Source: Octopus vulgaris (Eukaryota). Taken from it: DNA of 64,000 nt. The stretch covers positions 76,384,001-76,448,000 of the forward strand of contig OX597823.1 of assembly GCA_951406725.2 (NCBI GenBank). The letters are read 5' to 3'. The translations under genes were made by a program, and so were the position numbers. Shown piece after piece: positions 25,570-39,053 of the stretch. Under the pieces are notes generated by a model. It was not told the origin of the DNA. It saw only the letters and a list, made by a program, of their open reading frames with translations, and did not search any database. The first letter of the stretch is position 1; each line of letters starts with the position of its first letter.

Positions 25570-25893
25570 TGAAACATGTAGTCAAACGATTTAAATACAT
25601 AGACATTGAGAGAAAAATGGAAAACAGGATAAGTAAACAAAGAGAAACGAACCTTCATCAGTTGTGAGCTGTCTAGGTGAAGATAGACAGATGACAACTG
25701 ATAAAGGGTCATTTCCCTGTATTTATTATCCTGTTTTCTATTTTTCTCTCGTTGTTTATGTATTTAACTTGTTTGTCTACGTGTTTCAACGTAAATAGAA
25801 AACAGGATAATAAATGCAGAGAAATGACCCTTCATCAGTTGTCAGCTGTCTATCTACACCTAGACAGCTCACAGCTGATGAAGAGTCATTTCT
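25570..25893. repeat. Long palindrome plus inverted copy of its centre
   Basis: Arms 25570-25675 and 25684-25788 are imperfect reverse complements with an 8-nt loop; 25793-25893 is a second hairpin carrying the reverse-complement loop. Confidence 0.8.
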
Positions 25894-25896
25894 CAT

Positions 25897-26052
25897 TGGT
25901 CGAAGCCAATGGCGATTTTATTGAATAAATTTACTCATTAGTATTTCAAGATATTTTCATGTAATTTTGGTAAATATATCTGTTAAAATGAGATATTTGT
26001 GTTATTTTAATTTTTGTGTAATTTAGATGACAATATATTCACCATATCCTGT
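25897..26052 (+). mobile_element. 3' end of maT/DD37D-like transposon
   Basis: ggtcgaagccaatggcgattttattgaataaatttac...ttcaccatatcctgta matches the 3' end of 54024-55697. Confidence 0.75.
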
Positions 26053-26446
26053 ATATATATATAATTTTCATCTGTCTTGCCCACATATTGTTCTGGTGTT
26101 CGCTGAATTTTTCTCTAGAGAACATTCTTTTCTTTGTAGTTTGATCGCAGGTGATCTACTTCTAGCATATGGCTAACCACATAGTGGTGTTTAGCACTTT
26201 AAATATACACATGTATTAGAATTTTCTCTGATTCTTCAGATTTCTGTATGCTAGGCTACTGGTTTTAAATTGATATTAATTAAATTAATATTCAATTTAT
26301 CTCCCTCATTATTTAAATGTTAATATATATATATATATGTGTGTGTGTGCGTGTGTTGTTTTACTATGTAGCTCTTAGCCTGATCCATTAAAGAAGCATT
26401 TTTATGAGTGCCACTGGATTTGTTATATCCATGTAATATGCATCAA

Positions 26447-26517
<71 letters not shown>

Positions 26518-26754
26518 TTTTTGCCTGTGTTTGTCCCCTACCACTACCACTTCACAACCAGTGTAGATGTGTTTACGTACCTGCAACCTAGCAGTTCAGC
26601 AAGAAAACTTGATAGAATGAGTACCAGGCTTTAAAAATCAATAAGTGCTGGAGTAAATTCACTTCATTATAAATTCTACATGGTAATACCCTAGAATGGC
26701 CACAGTCTAATGATTGTAGCAAGTAAAAGATATATATATGTACGTGTGTGTATA

Positions 26755-26970
26755 TGTTTGTGTGTCTGTGCTTGTCCCCACAACATTGCTTGACAACCGA
26801 TGCTAGTGTGTCTGTGTTTGTCTCCGTAACTTAGCAGTTCGGCAAAAGATACTGATAGAATAAGTACTAGGCTTACAAAGAATAAGTCCTTGGGTCGATT
26901 TGCTTGACTAAAGGCGATGCACCAGCATGGCCACAGTCAAATGACTGAAACAAATAAAAGAGTAAAAGTG
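26755..26970 (+). mobile_element. SINE family A, 3' half
   Basis: tgacaaccgatgct...aagtactaggcttacaaagaataagtcc...aaatgactgaaac..taaaagagtaaaag tail. Confidence 0.8.
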
Positions 26971-26990
26971 TAAAGAGAGAGAGAGAGAGT

Positions 26991-27052
<62 letters not shown>

Positions 27053-28544
27053 ATGTATATATAGATAGATAAATATAGATATAGATATATATGCACACAC
27101 ATATATATGTGTATGTACGTATGCTTGTGTGTGTATATATATGTGTGTATGTGTGTGTGTGTGTGTGTACATGTATACATACATTTATACATCTATATAC
27201 ATATTATATTTGAGGCTAATGATACATTGTGTTGCTATTCGGTGTTTCCTGGTCCTTTTATGTCCTAGATGTTATAGGAAACAGAGCCTTTAAAGAGACA
27301 GAGGACTCATGTACTTGTCTGTTTCAACGTCATTAGTCAGTCGTTGGCTGGGTGCAGCAACTTGGACATAATTACAATTTATAATTCCATGTTGTAACAA
27401 AAATGGGTTTAGCTAAATCCAGTTCCCATTACAATATGAATGCTTTCCTGTCTGAAGTCACAGGGGTTTCTTTAAATGATTACTGCTGTATATTCACAAG
27501 AACATCATCTGTTGTTTTTCTTGTGTGCTTTGAAAGCCATAATAGGATGATGTTCTTTTCAGTTATGCATGGCAGGGGAAGATCTTTATGAGCTGTTAAC
27601 ATGAGGCATTCCAGTTTTTAACAATGGATCAGCTTTTTGAAGTTTTATCAATTCTATTCTCCTTTATGCACCTGATGTTCTGCATAAGGGACTTTGTGGA
27701 ATTCCTTTTCTTTCTGTTTGGATAAGCAGCATACTTTTTCTGAAACATTTTCTATGAACTGAATATAGTTTCTCTCAATACAAGTGTCAAATAATAGCTT
27801 GGTTTAACATACTAGACATATTTTGAGGCACTTGTGAGTGGTCAAAACGTAGTACTACTACAAAGGCATTCTTCCATGACTTTAGCTTGTTCCTACATAT
27901 GTGATTAATTCTATAATTTTGTGATATTGCAAAGTTAATTTAAAAACAAAAGGATTTATATAAATGTAACTAATCTTTATCCATTGCGTTTTTTCCCAGT
28001 TTATGATAATGCATTTAAGTGTGAAATGTTTTTGAAGCACAACTACAGCATTTCCAGCCATAGGCTGTTACATTTATCCTAAAAAGTGCATTAAACCAGG
28101 TTATTTTCATTTGCCTAGTTTATACTTATTCTAGTTCCTATAAGTCTGTTTTATCACAATACATTATTATAAAAGTGGATAGAACAATGGAATATGTTTT
28201 ACTGGAGAATATAACAAATTTTATTCTGATAATGTTAGATTATCACACACATGTATATATATACATATACACACACAATACACACACAAATACATACATA
28301 CACATACACACACACAAACATGCAAACACACATACACACACACATAGATATAGTGATGTAAACAAGAAAAATAGATCTCAAAATATGAGTGTATGTATAT
28401 TCTTATTAATATTTAGCAGAAGTAACGGATTGACTTCAGGGTCGAGAGTAGGTGTTTATCAAACTAGTGTGATAAATACCAGTGTATGAAACCCTTGGTC
28501 CTTGAGTCACTCTATTACTTCTGCTATATCATAATCATCATCAT

Positions 28545-28770
28545 CATCATTGTTTAACATCTGTTTTCCATGCTGGAGTGGGTTGAATGGTATGACATGG
28601 AGCTGGTCAGCCGGGGAGCTGTTCAGACTCCAGCTGTCTATTGTGGCTTGGTTTCTATGGCTGGATGCCCTTCCTAATGTCAACCACTTTACAGAGAATG
28701 CTGGTTGCTCTTTGCATGCCACAGACATGGGTACATTTACACAGCACCAGCACAGGTGCTTTTTATGCGA
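28545..28770 (-). mobile_element. Short repeat family D (RTE-associated SINE-like)
   Basis: ctggatgcccttcctaatg.caacc motif and (CAT)n end shared with 4230-4400, 38528-39055 and 48160-48530. Confidence 0.7.
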
Positions 28771-28799
28771 CACTGACCCTAAAAAGACAAGCCTGTATG

Positions 28800-29400
28800 T
28801 ATGGAGAGGTCTACCCTTTCCAAAGATTCCCTCCAGCATTAGAGCCCAGCACTCCTTTATGCAGCTGTCCTCATCCATACACATGCAGCACAGCCTTCTT
28901 GCTTGTATACAACATCTTATGCCTCTTATACCCAGTTTTCCTCTTAAATCATTTACACTCTGTCATGTGTGCACATTGACATTACCTATCCAGTGGAGCA
29001 TGCTAGCTTCACTTCTTTCAAGCCTTTGCAAGTCCTCTGGAGTCAAATCTCATGTTCTACTGCGATGAAACATAACTGTACATACACAGGCATCATACAA
29101 TATGCCTTTCACTCTGAGGAAGAAACCCTTAATTACCAACAAAGTTACAAGTTCTCTGAACTTTGCCCAGCTTGTTCTTAGCCCAGCAACTACACTTTCA
29201 GAACTTTCCCCTGTACTACTAACTTTGTATCCTTGGTAACAGAAGTTATCTACTGCTTCTAATGATCCCCATAAGCATTTGAGGGAGTCTACTGACTGCT
29301 CATTTCTAGTGTTTATTATACCAGCACATTTACCAAACAAAATCCCTATATGCTCCATTAACATTCCCATAATACTACTACACCTCTTATGTGTACAAAG
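28800..29400 (-). mobile_element. RTE-clade LINE RT C-terminal fragment
   Basis: LEAVDNFCYQG...RTSWAKFRELVTLL..KGFFLRVKG.LYDACV.TVMFH and MDEDSCIKEC..L..EG..GKGRP. Confidence 0.8.
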
Positions 29401-29481
29401 CTTGAACTAAGTATGTATTAATAAATATGTGTGTATATGTGTGTGAGTGTGTGTGCATGCACGTGTGTGTGTGTGTGTGTG

Positions 29482-29645
29482 TTAAATAAAATGAGACAAC
29501 AAAGCCAAGGTAGCGTGAAATTTCTAGGTCTTATAAAGAGAAAGGTAGTCTTACAGCTGTTTCGGGGATATGTGGGATATCCCTTCATTAGAGCAGTACT
29601 TGGAAGAGTCCTCTCTAAGGCGCAGACCTGAGCAATATTTTTAAC
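29482..29645 (-). mobile_element. PLE pLTR-like stub with degenerate hammerhead
   Basis: Minus strand 29595-29547: CTAATGA-a-gggatat(cccac)atatcccc-GAAA-CAGCTG-TA; palindromic stem III ACAGCTGT. Confidence 0.55.
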
Positions 29646-30034
29646 GTTCTATAGATGACCAGCAATAGCCCATGCATGCCACTTTCCCAAGAGAAAGAAA
29701 CAAACTGATGCGGCTTAGCAACAGTGTTATTGGAGGTATTGCCCTCAGAACAAAAGAATGCAGAAGGACTACCTCAATGCATCTTGCGTAATATTCTAAC
29801 AGTTCAGCTAATTTGTCTCCCTGGACTAGCACTATATTCTTCATCCTTGGAACAATGAAATACTGTGTTGACACTGGTGGGATTCGAACTTAAAGCATAG
29901 AAAACAGGAAAAGTACTGCAAGATATTATACCTAATCTACCAAGTTTGCTAATTCACCACACACACACACACACATAAATATAGGTAGTTAAGTAGATAG
30001 ATAAATGTAAGTAGGTATGTAGGTGTATATATGT

Positions 30035-30259
30035 ATTCTTTTATTTGTTTCAGTCATTTGATTGTGGCCATACTGGAGCACCGCCTTTAGTTGAACAAAT
30101 CAACCCCAGGACTTATTCTTTGTAAGCCTAGTACTTATTCTATCGGTCTCTTTTGCCAAACCACTAAATTATGGGGATGTAACCACACGAACATTGGTTG
30201 TCAAGCGATGGTGGGGTGACAAATACAGATACACAAACATATACATATACATATATATG

Positions 30260-30298
<39 letters not shown>

Positions 30299-30458
30299 CA
30301 GGCTTCTTTCAGTTTCCATCTACCAAATCCACTCACAAGGCTTTGGTTGGCCCAAGGCTATAGTAGAAGCCACTTGCCCAAAGTGCTCTGCAATGGAACT
30401 GAACCCAGAACCATGTTGTTAGTAAGCAAGCTACTTACCACACAGCCACTTCTGTGTC
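30035..30458 (-). mobile_element. SINE family A, full length
   Basis: Head, central domain, internal (TA)n and tail all present. Confidence 0.85.
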
Positions 30459-31025
30459 TATATACACGCATTCATGCACACAGTCATATACAGTTTATGT
30501 ACATGCGCATTATATATATACATACACATATATGTATATGTTTGTGTATATGTGTATGTGTGGGGGAGTCTGTGGGTGGGGGGTTGTCTGTCTGTGTCTG
30601 TGTGCTCATATATAATCAGTAACTTGAAAACTTCATCTATAAAATTAGGATAAATTTGAAAAGTTTGATGTTATACATATTTTTTTTCTTTTGATTGTTG
30701 ATTGAAAGAAAAATATAAGAAGTTAAATTTGATTAAGAGAGACTAGAATCTTGTCTCTGTCTGATGAATGGACTTTCAATGCCTTGGCACCACACACATT
30801 CTATGTCTCCTACGGTCTGATGTTGAAGTCATTTAAACAGTCAGTTAGACACAAATTAACCATTACATAGCAATTTGTCACTAACTTTCTTTAAATGACA
30901 CAAACATTAGACAGACTACTATGGTCAGTTTTAATGTAAACCTATCAACCAGAACCACCAACAACACTGCCACTATTGCGATCACCACCACAACCACGAT
31001 CATCACTATCATCATCATCATCACT

Positions 31026-31080
<55 letters not shown>

Positions 31081-31958
31081 CCATCACCATTGTCACATTA
31101 TCTTCATCATCATCGTCATGATCATCGTCATGATCATCCGTGTCAGTGTTGGTGTCGGCAACAGCGTCGATATCATCATCATCATCATCATTGGCGGCAG
31201 CGGTGGCATCATCATCATTGTCACATCATCACCATCGTCATCATCTTCACATCACTGTCATTATCAACATCTTCATCATCATCGTTGTCATTATCACATC
31301 ATCATTATCATCATTGTTGCTATTGTCAATATCTTTATCATCATCATCATCATCTTATCATCCTCATATCAATGTTATCATCATCATCATCATTGTCATC
31401 ATTGTTATTGCGACGTCATCGTCGTCATCATCATCACCGACATCATCATCGACATCATTGACATCATCATCATCATCATCATCTCTATCGTATACGAAAC
31501 AAGCACAAGCATCTTCCATTATCCCCCTCATTACCAGTGTCTTTATTATCGCCACACAGCCACCGTCACCATCATTGCTCTAAAATGCCACTATTACAAT
31601 TTTTCCCCATCAGTACACAGTCATTAACGCCACTACCACATCCCACCACCACTAATATCTCTGCCATCATCACCACTTAACTATCAGTACAAACCACCAC
31701 CACCACAACTGCCCCGCATCACTCATACCAAAATCAGTGCTCTTGCTTTATCCAAATACCCATTCACCCAACTTCTCCATCAGATGCAATTTAAACTATT
31801 ATTAAGAATTAAGAAGCAAAAAAATTGAGAGAAAGAAAGAACGAAAGAAAGAAAAATGAAAGAAAAATGAAAGAAGGAAAGAAGAATAGAAAGAAAACTG
31901 CACCAAAACCAAAAGAAAATGATGAAGCAAATTTAAAACATTTCAGACTTACTTCATG

Positions 31959-31992
<34 letters not shown>

Positions 31993-32039
31993 AACAACAG
32001 CAACAGCATCAACAAGGGTGATGATGATAGTGAGGATGA

Positions 32040-32340
32040 TGCTGCTGAAGATGATGATGAGGAGGAGGAAGAGGTAGAAGAAACGGGGAGAGGGAGAAGG
32101 AGAAAGAGGAAGATATGGATGATGATGATAATGATGATAATGATGCTGATGAAGATGAGGAGGAGGAGGAGGAGGAGGTAGAAGAAGCGGGGAGGGAGAG
32201 AAGGAGAAAGAGGAAGATATGGATGATGATGATGATAATGATGATATTGATGCTGATGAAGATGAGGAGGAGGAGGAGGAGGTAGAAGAAGCGGGGAGGG
32301 AGAGAAGGAGAAAGAGGAAGATATTGATGATGATGATGAC
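32040..32340. repeat. Three tandem copies of a ~110-bp GA-rich unit
   Basis: gaggaggaggtagaagaagcggggagggagagaaggagaaagaggaagatat recurs at ~32065, ~32170 and ~32275. Confidence 0.8.
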
Positions 32341-32929
32341 AATGAGGATGACGACGGTCATGATGATGTTGATGGTGATTATAATGATAATAATGATAAT
32401 AATAAGGATAATGATAATGATAATGATAGTAGTAATAATAATATTAAGAAGAAGAAGAAGGAAGAAGAAAAAAAAAATAATAAGAAGAAGAAGAAGAAGA
32501 AGAAGAAAGATGATGATGACAACCACTGATTTGTTAGTGTGTTTATTGAGTTGAGAATAACAAGTAATGAGCTGTGACCATTTCAATAGCCACAACTAAC
32601 ACCACAACCACAGCCACGACCACCACCACTCAACAAGCAGAACAACTAATTATTCTGAGCTTTCACTCCATGATTGGTATTACGGCGCGACTCTATTCAT
32701 CAGAATTGACTCGACATGGCAAATGTCAGGCAAAGCAGCTATTTGAATATCATATGCCGTCATTCTACTCCTATTATACTGATTGACACTAAAAACAAAA
32801 AGAAAGAAAAAATAATGGTAATAAATAAATGAATGAATAAAAGAGAATGTAAAAAAAAACAAAACAAAACAAAAGAAAGGACATCTTAATAGCATATTGC
32901 TGAGAGCTGATTTCAATAATTGAAGGTGG

Positions 32930-33432
32930 TGTGTGCATGTGTGTGCATGTGCAAGTGTATATGTGTTTGCGTGTGTGTGTTTGTGTATGTGCATATGTGT
33001 GTGTGTATTTGTGTGCATGTGTGTGTGAGTGTGTTTGTGTGTGTATGTTTGTGTATGCGCATGTGTGTGTGTATGTGTTTGTGTGTGTGTGTATGTTTGT
33101 GCATGTGCATGTGTGTGTGTATGTGCATGTGTGTGTGTGTGTATTTGTGTGTATGTGCATGTGTGTGTGTGAGTGTATTTGTGTGTGTGTGTGTATGTTT
33201 ATGTATGTGCATGTGTGTGCATTTGTGCATATGTGCATGTGTGTGTGAGTGTGTTTGTGTGTGTGCATGTTTGTGTATGCGCATGTGTGTGTATGTGCAT
33301 GCATGTGTGTCTGTGTATTTGTGTGTATGTGCATGTGTGTGTGTGAGTGTATTTGTGTGTGTGTGTATGTTTATGTATATGCATGTGTGTGCATTTGTAT
33401 GTATGTGCATGCGCGTGTGTGTGTGTGGGTGT
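32930..33432. repeat. Complex (TG)-based satellite
   Basis: Degenerate TG repeat with recurring gtatgtgcat / gagtgtatttgt sub-units. Confidence 0.85.
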
Positions 33433-34309
33433 GTGAGGGTGAGTAACCACAACTACAAGAACTATTACAATAGCTTCAATGATGATAATGATGACAATGA
33501 GGATGATGACGACAACGATGACGATGACGATGATGATGACAACAGAAGAAATTAGAGAAATAAAAAAAATCAAAGTGACAATAATGAAAATGACAACAAA
33601 AACACAAACAGCCACAAGATATAATTATAACAATGACAAAAGAAACAATAGTGATGATGAAAACGAGGAGGAGGAGGATGATGCAGAAGCGGATCTTAAT
33701 GGTCATCTGTCTGATGATGTCAAACTGAAACAGTATCAAATATATTTTGTGGTTACCCTATACTTTTGTGTGTGCGTGTGTGTGTACGTGTGTAATTTTG
33801 CAGGGGCGGGGCAATTCTTTTATTGATTTTAATGCTTTAATTAGAAGAGGAACTGTAGAGGACAGAACTGTTTTGTAAGGCCACTAGGACAGGTGGAAGA
33901 GTTAGCAGAATCTCTTCATAGCCACAGAACAGAGAACTAGAGACCTGGTCTTTATTCTTGCGATAGACTAGAACCTAGACTCTGCTAAAGCACCCCAGAG
34001 ATCATAAAGAGATGTTAAACTGGGTATCGGATAAAATCTACCATTCACCATCTGGTACAATACATCTGATGAGTAGCTGCACATTTTCTGTCTATGAAAT
34101 GTCTCTTATCAAGCTTAGGTTGATTCAAGATGATGTGTGGCTAGGGTCATGTGCAGCAGAATCAGTCACAGAAACACATGGATGCAAATTGAAAATCTTA
34201 ATCAGATGGCCATGTCTGTAAGCATTGCTTGTACATGCTTTGTTCCATGCTAGTATAAAGTACTAAGATAGAATACATGAATTCTTTGACTGAATGTCAG
34301 ATAACTAAC

Positions 34310-34692
34310 CAAAGGACCTACAGTTGGCACTCCGTCAGTTACAATGAGTGTTCCAGTTGATCTGATCATTGGAACAGCCTGCTCGTGAAATTAACGTGCA
34401 AGTGGCTGAGCACTCCATAGACACGTGTACTCTTAACGTAGTTCTTGGGAGATTTAGCGAGACACATAGTGTGACAAGGCTAGCCCTTTGAAATACAGAT
34501 ACAACAGAAACAGGGAGAAAGAGTGAGAGAAAGTTGTGGTGAAAGGGTACAGCAGGGTTCACCACAACCCCCTGCCAGAGTCTCAGGAAGCTTTAGATGT
34601 TTTTGCTCAATAAACACTCCCAATGCTCGGTCTGGGAATTGAAACCGCGATCCTAAGACTGTGAGTCCACTGCTCTAACCACTGGGCCTCCA
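34310..34692 (-). mobile_element. tRNA-derived SINE family C-type
   Basis: Minus-strand head ggcccagtggttagagcagtggactcacagtc...ggtttcaattcccagacc; body shared with 46700-46992 and 59710-59996. Confidence 0.75.
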
Positions 34693-34709
34693 CTATAGTT
34701 AGTAGTGCA

Positions 34710-34972
34710 CTGGATTACAGGTAAGTTCACCACCATCAATTCACTGTGAAGGAAGTTCAACATAAGGAAAATTTACCATGAGGAAAGTTTACCAAAAAAA
34801 TATATCCATAGTAACTGACCATTAATAGTTAAAAAAAAAAAAAAAATGGTGAATTGATGACAGTGAATCTATCCCGCAGTGAATTGATGACAGTGAATCT
34901 ACCCCACAGTGAATTGGTCAGTGAACCTACCCTGCAGTGAATTGATGGCAGTGAACCTACTCCACAGTAAAT
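34710..34972. repeat. Short-unit repeats in inverted arrays (probable non-autonomous DNA element)
   Basis: About 4-5 tandem gtgaattgatg.cagtgaa.cta.ccc.ca units at 34848-34970, with a reverse-complement unit at 34720-34746. Confidence 0.6.
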
Positions 34973-35087
34973 TTTAAAATATATAGTTAAAAATATTCTA
35001 GCTGTAATTTATCTACCTATTTTTCCAAGAGCCAAACATCCAAGACCACATAATGCAAATTGTAATTGTTCTTTTTGAAGATGGTAT

Positions 35088-35497
35088 TACTCTTTACTCT
35101 TTTACTCTTTTATTTGTTTCAGTCATTTGACTGCGGCCACGCTAGAGCACCACCTTTAGTCGTGTATCTCGACCCCGGGACTTATTCTTTGTAAGCCCAG
35201 TACTTATTCTATCGGTCTCTTTTGCCGAACCGCTAAGTGACGGGGACATAAACACACCAGCATCGGTTGTCAAGCAATGCTAGGGGACAAACACACAGAC
35301 ATACATGCACACACATATATATATACATATATACGACGGGTTTCTTTCAGTTTCCGTCTACCAAATCCACTCACAAGGCTTTGGTCGGCCCGAGGCTATA
35401 GTGGAAGACACTTGCCCAAGGTGCCACGCAGTGGGACTGAACCCAGAACCATGTGGTTGGTTAGCAAGCTACTTACCACACAGCCACTCCTGCGCCT
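35088..35497 (-). mobile_element. SINE family A, full length, young
   Basis: Head aggcgcaggagtggctgtgtggtaagtagcttgc...gggttcagtccc (A/B-box-like) and (gagtaaaa)n tail. Confidence 0.9.
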
Positions 35498-37347
35498 ATA
35501 AAGGGAGTCTCAAAATTTATTCAATATAGTTTATTCAATATTGAATATAGTTTATTCAAAATTTATTCAATATTGGGTATGGAGTGAATTAAGAGAGAAA
35601 TTTAGCTGTTATTTCTAACAGGTTGAATGACTACTTGAAAATACTTTATTGTTTCATCTGTTATGCACTTAACAACATATGACATGACAATCAGAAGTTT
35701 TTCTATTTTTTGGTGTCTTTTCATGAAATTTAATGGTTAAATTGAGCAGACCAGGTAACAACAAAAAAGTTAACATACTGACATTTTAGTTGAAATTGTC
35801 ATTGTTGCAAGCAGAACTGGTAAATAAAATATTCCTGAGAACATTAACAGCCAAGCTAAAATTGGGTTAGATATTGCATACATAACATGACTGTTCATGT
35901 GACAACGCAAATAAAAGTTAACGAGAAAAACCTATGCAGGTATGTTAGAAATAAGTGGCGTATATTAAATTAAAATAATGCTTTTATATCTTTATAAGGT
36001 GTTAGTATTTGGCTGAGTTTATGAGTTCTAATATATAATTAAAAACAATGTTACCTTTAATTAACATTTATCTGTTTCCAGTAGAACGTTACATTTATTC
36101 ATGTCAGAGTTTGATTAATTATTTACTGATTATTTGAACTGTTTTGTATTTTTAGCTTTTAATCTCTTTGTTTGCGACAATCAAAGCAAAAAACAACAAT
36201 AATAGTATACGACTATAACATTGACAAGAGGAATAACAATGATACACGTAATAATGATGATTATAGCTGTGATGTAGCAGAATCAGATTTTTACAGTCAT
36301 ATGTCTTATGATGTCAATCTGAAACTATATTAAATACATTTTGAGACTCCCTTTATGACACAAGCATGGCTGTGTGGTTAAGCAGCTTCCTTCCCAATCA
36401 TGTGATCGTAGGTTCAATCCCACAGCATAAAACCTTGGCCAAGTGTCTTCAACTGTAGCCCCACATCCACTCACAAGACCAAAGCCTTGTGAGTGAGTTT
36501 GGTATCTGGAAACTACAAAAAGCCTTGTTCTATGTGTGTATGTATATATGTATAAATCTAACTATCTATATATATATATATATACATACACACACACACT
36601 CACACACACGCACACACTCACACACATGCACACACACACACACAATCAAAACGCCCCACCCCCGTCCAATGGACGGTACTGAGTTGTCAAACATTTAAAC
36701 CAAATTTTCTCAAAACAAGTTGTCTGACCGTGCCATAGGCCTCCCCTTTGAGAAACACTGATTTAACCTAAATTTGAGACACCAGCAAAAGAAGAAATAA
36801 AGATAGATTTGTTTTCTATTCCAAAGAAAAATAATTTTTTTCACACAAATATGCATTTGGAGTTTATTTTGACAAGTCAAACAACCACAAACAAGTGGAA
36901 CAGAAGAATATTTCCCCCATAGATTTTTATTGATTTGTTTGGCTAAACTAAGTCATCAAATCTTAATACTCGAACAAATGCTCATTGTTCCTCTGGAAAT
37001 CTGCCTTTTATTTGGCATTACTGTTTAATCCTTTAGCATCTACATGGGCCACATGTGGCTCAAATATAATATCAATTTTATACTGAAATAGGTCAGATCT
37101 CACCTCTCACACCTGACCTGCAATTCCATTCTGAAATGAGCAAATCACATCATTAAAATCTTGAAGCTACAAGATAAAGCATGATTAATGCAACTCATTA
37201 TGAATGAAAAATCATTATATTTGCTAGATTTATTTGAATGCCAAAGGGTTAATTCGTTTTTTACTATATTTTTGTATACATACAGTGCCCTCATTCAAAT
37301 TAATTTAGCAAATAATTAAAAATTTAGCAAAGTAATTTTGTCATTGT

Positions 37348-37608
37348 GGAGGCATGTGGCTTAGTCGTTAGGGTGTCAGCACCATGATCGTAAGATTGTG
37401 GTTTCGATTCCTGGATCAGACGACGCATTGTGTTCTTGAGCAAAATACTTCATTTCACGTTGCTCCAGTCCACTCAGTTGGCAAAAATGAGTAACGCTGC
37501 GATGGACTAGCGTCCCGTCCAACTAGGGAACACATATGCCATAGAAACTGGGAAACCAGGCCCATGAGCCTGGCTAGGCTTTAAAAGGGCACAAGAAGAG
37601 AAGAAAGA
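37348..37608 (+). mobile_element. tRNA-derived SINE family C
   Basis: ggaggcatgtggcttagtcgttaggg...ggtttcgattcc (A/B boxes), tgtgttcttgagcaaaatact, gcgatggactagcgtcccgtcca. Confidence 0.8.
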
Positions 37609-38527
37609 ATTTTGTCATTAATTAACCTGGTGTCTAGAGCATAAATTACCATGAAATCTTGATGGAAGGGTTTAATTTAAATCCATTTAAAATAGAGAGC
37701 TCAGATCAGAACCAGGGGCAGTCTCAAGCAGTTTGGTATAAAATGAGTTAAATACTATTTTGTCTAAGAGTCATGCAATGAAAAGACACACAGAATAGAC
37801 ACAAACTTATCATCTGCACTGGAATATATCTGAGACCCTTTTACTCAACAAATTGCTTGCCTCTTTTACACCAGCCATAGGCTTGTTTCAACAGAATCGA
37901 CTAGAAATAACCAAAAACAACAACAAATGTATCAACACCTCCTGAAATACATGCAAATATCCATATTTAATAATGAATCAGGTTTAAACTAACCTGACAT
38001 TTTATCTGCATGCATACAAGTATGAAGTGGACTAAAAAAATATTTAAAATAAAGTAAATTAAACAGAAAGTTTGAAACGATGTTACAAATTGCTTTCTTT
38101 AAATCTAACAGTATTTTTTTTTTTTTTTTCCTAGTCATATAAAATATATATGTCAATAAAATCAAAGCTAGCGTGAAATGAAAATTTGATGCTATCATTT
38201 CCATAAATCAGCAACCGTTTTCTGTTGAGTCAATCACTTTTAAGTAAGTGCCACACTGTGATGCAATCTATCACAGCAACACTTCCAATGGTATTTCACT
38301 GCAGGATATTTTACACCTGTGTTGTTTGATATATGAACTCAGCTATGAGAAATATTTAATGTCTTTTTCATTTATATTTGTCACTCCAAGATGGATTTAT
38401 CCCTCTGCTTGTTGAAATTTATTCATGTATCATTATCATTATGTGTGTGTATATATATCATCATCATCATCATCATTCTTTAGCATAGAAAGCAGACGTT
38501 AAAGGATGATGATGATGATCATCATCA

Positions 38528-39053
38528 TCATCGTTTAGCATCCGCTTTCCATGCTAGAATGGGTTGGACGGTTCAACTGGGGTCTGGGAAGCCAGAAGGC
38601 TGCACCAGGCCCAGTCTGACTGGCAATGTTTCTACGGATGGATGCCCTTCCTAACGCCAACCACTCCGTGAGTGTAGTGGGTGCTTTTTATGTGCCACCA
38701 ACACAGGTGTCAGGTGAGGCTGGCAACGGCCACGGTTGGATGGTGCTTTTTATGTGCCACCGACACGGAGGCCAGGTGAGGCTGACAACGGCCACAGTTG
38801 GACGGCCTCCGTGCTGGTGGCACGTAAAAAGCACCAACTGATCGTGGCTGTTGCCAGCCTTGCCTGGTACCTTCACCGGTGGCAAGTAAAAATCACCCAC
38901 TACACTCACGGAGTGTTTGGCGTTAGGAAGGGCATCCAGCTGTAGAAACACTGCCAGATCAGACTGGAGCCTGGTGCAGCCTCCTGGCTTCCCAGACCCC
39001 GGTCGAACCATCTAACTCATGCTAGCATGGAAAACAGACATTAAACGATGATG

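Noticed and set aside
25640-25893. CTGATGA motifs in the palindrome arms as hammerheads
   Set aside because: No properly placed stem II-GAAA-stem III-NUH partner found.
31825-32554. Acidic/basic low-complexity ORFs
   Set aside because: Arise from GAT/GAG/GAA repeats and a tandem triplication; no splice or domain evidence.
34848-34972. CRISPR-like repeat array
   Set aside because: Units are contiguous without unique spacers; eukaryotic context with no cas genes.
37348-37425. tRNA gene
   Set aside because: A/B-box-like head continues into a multi-copy SINE body; no intact cloverleaf evident.
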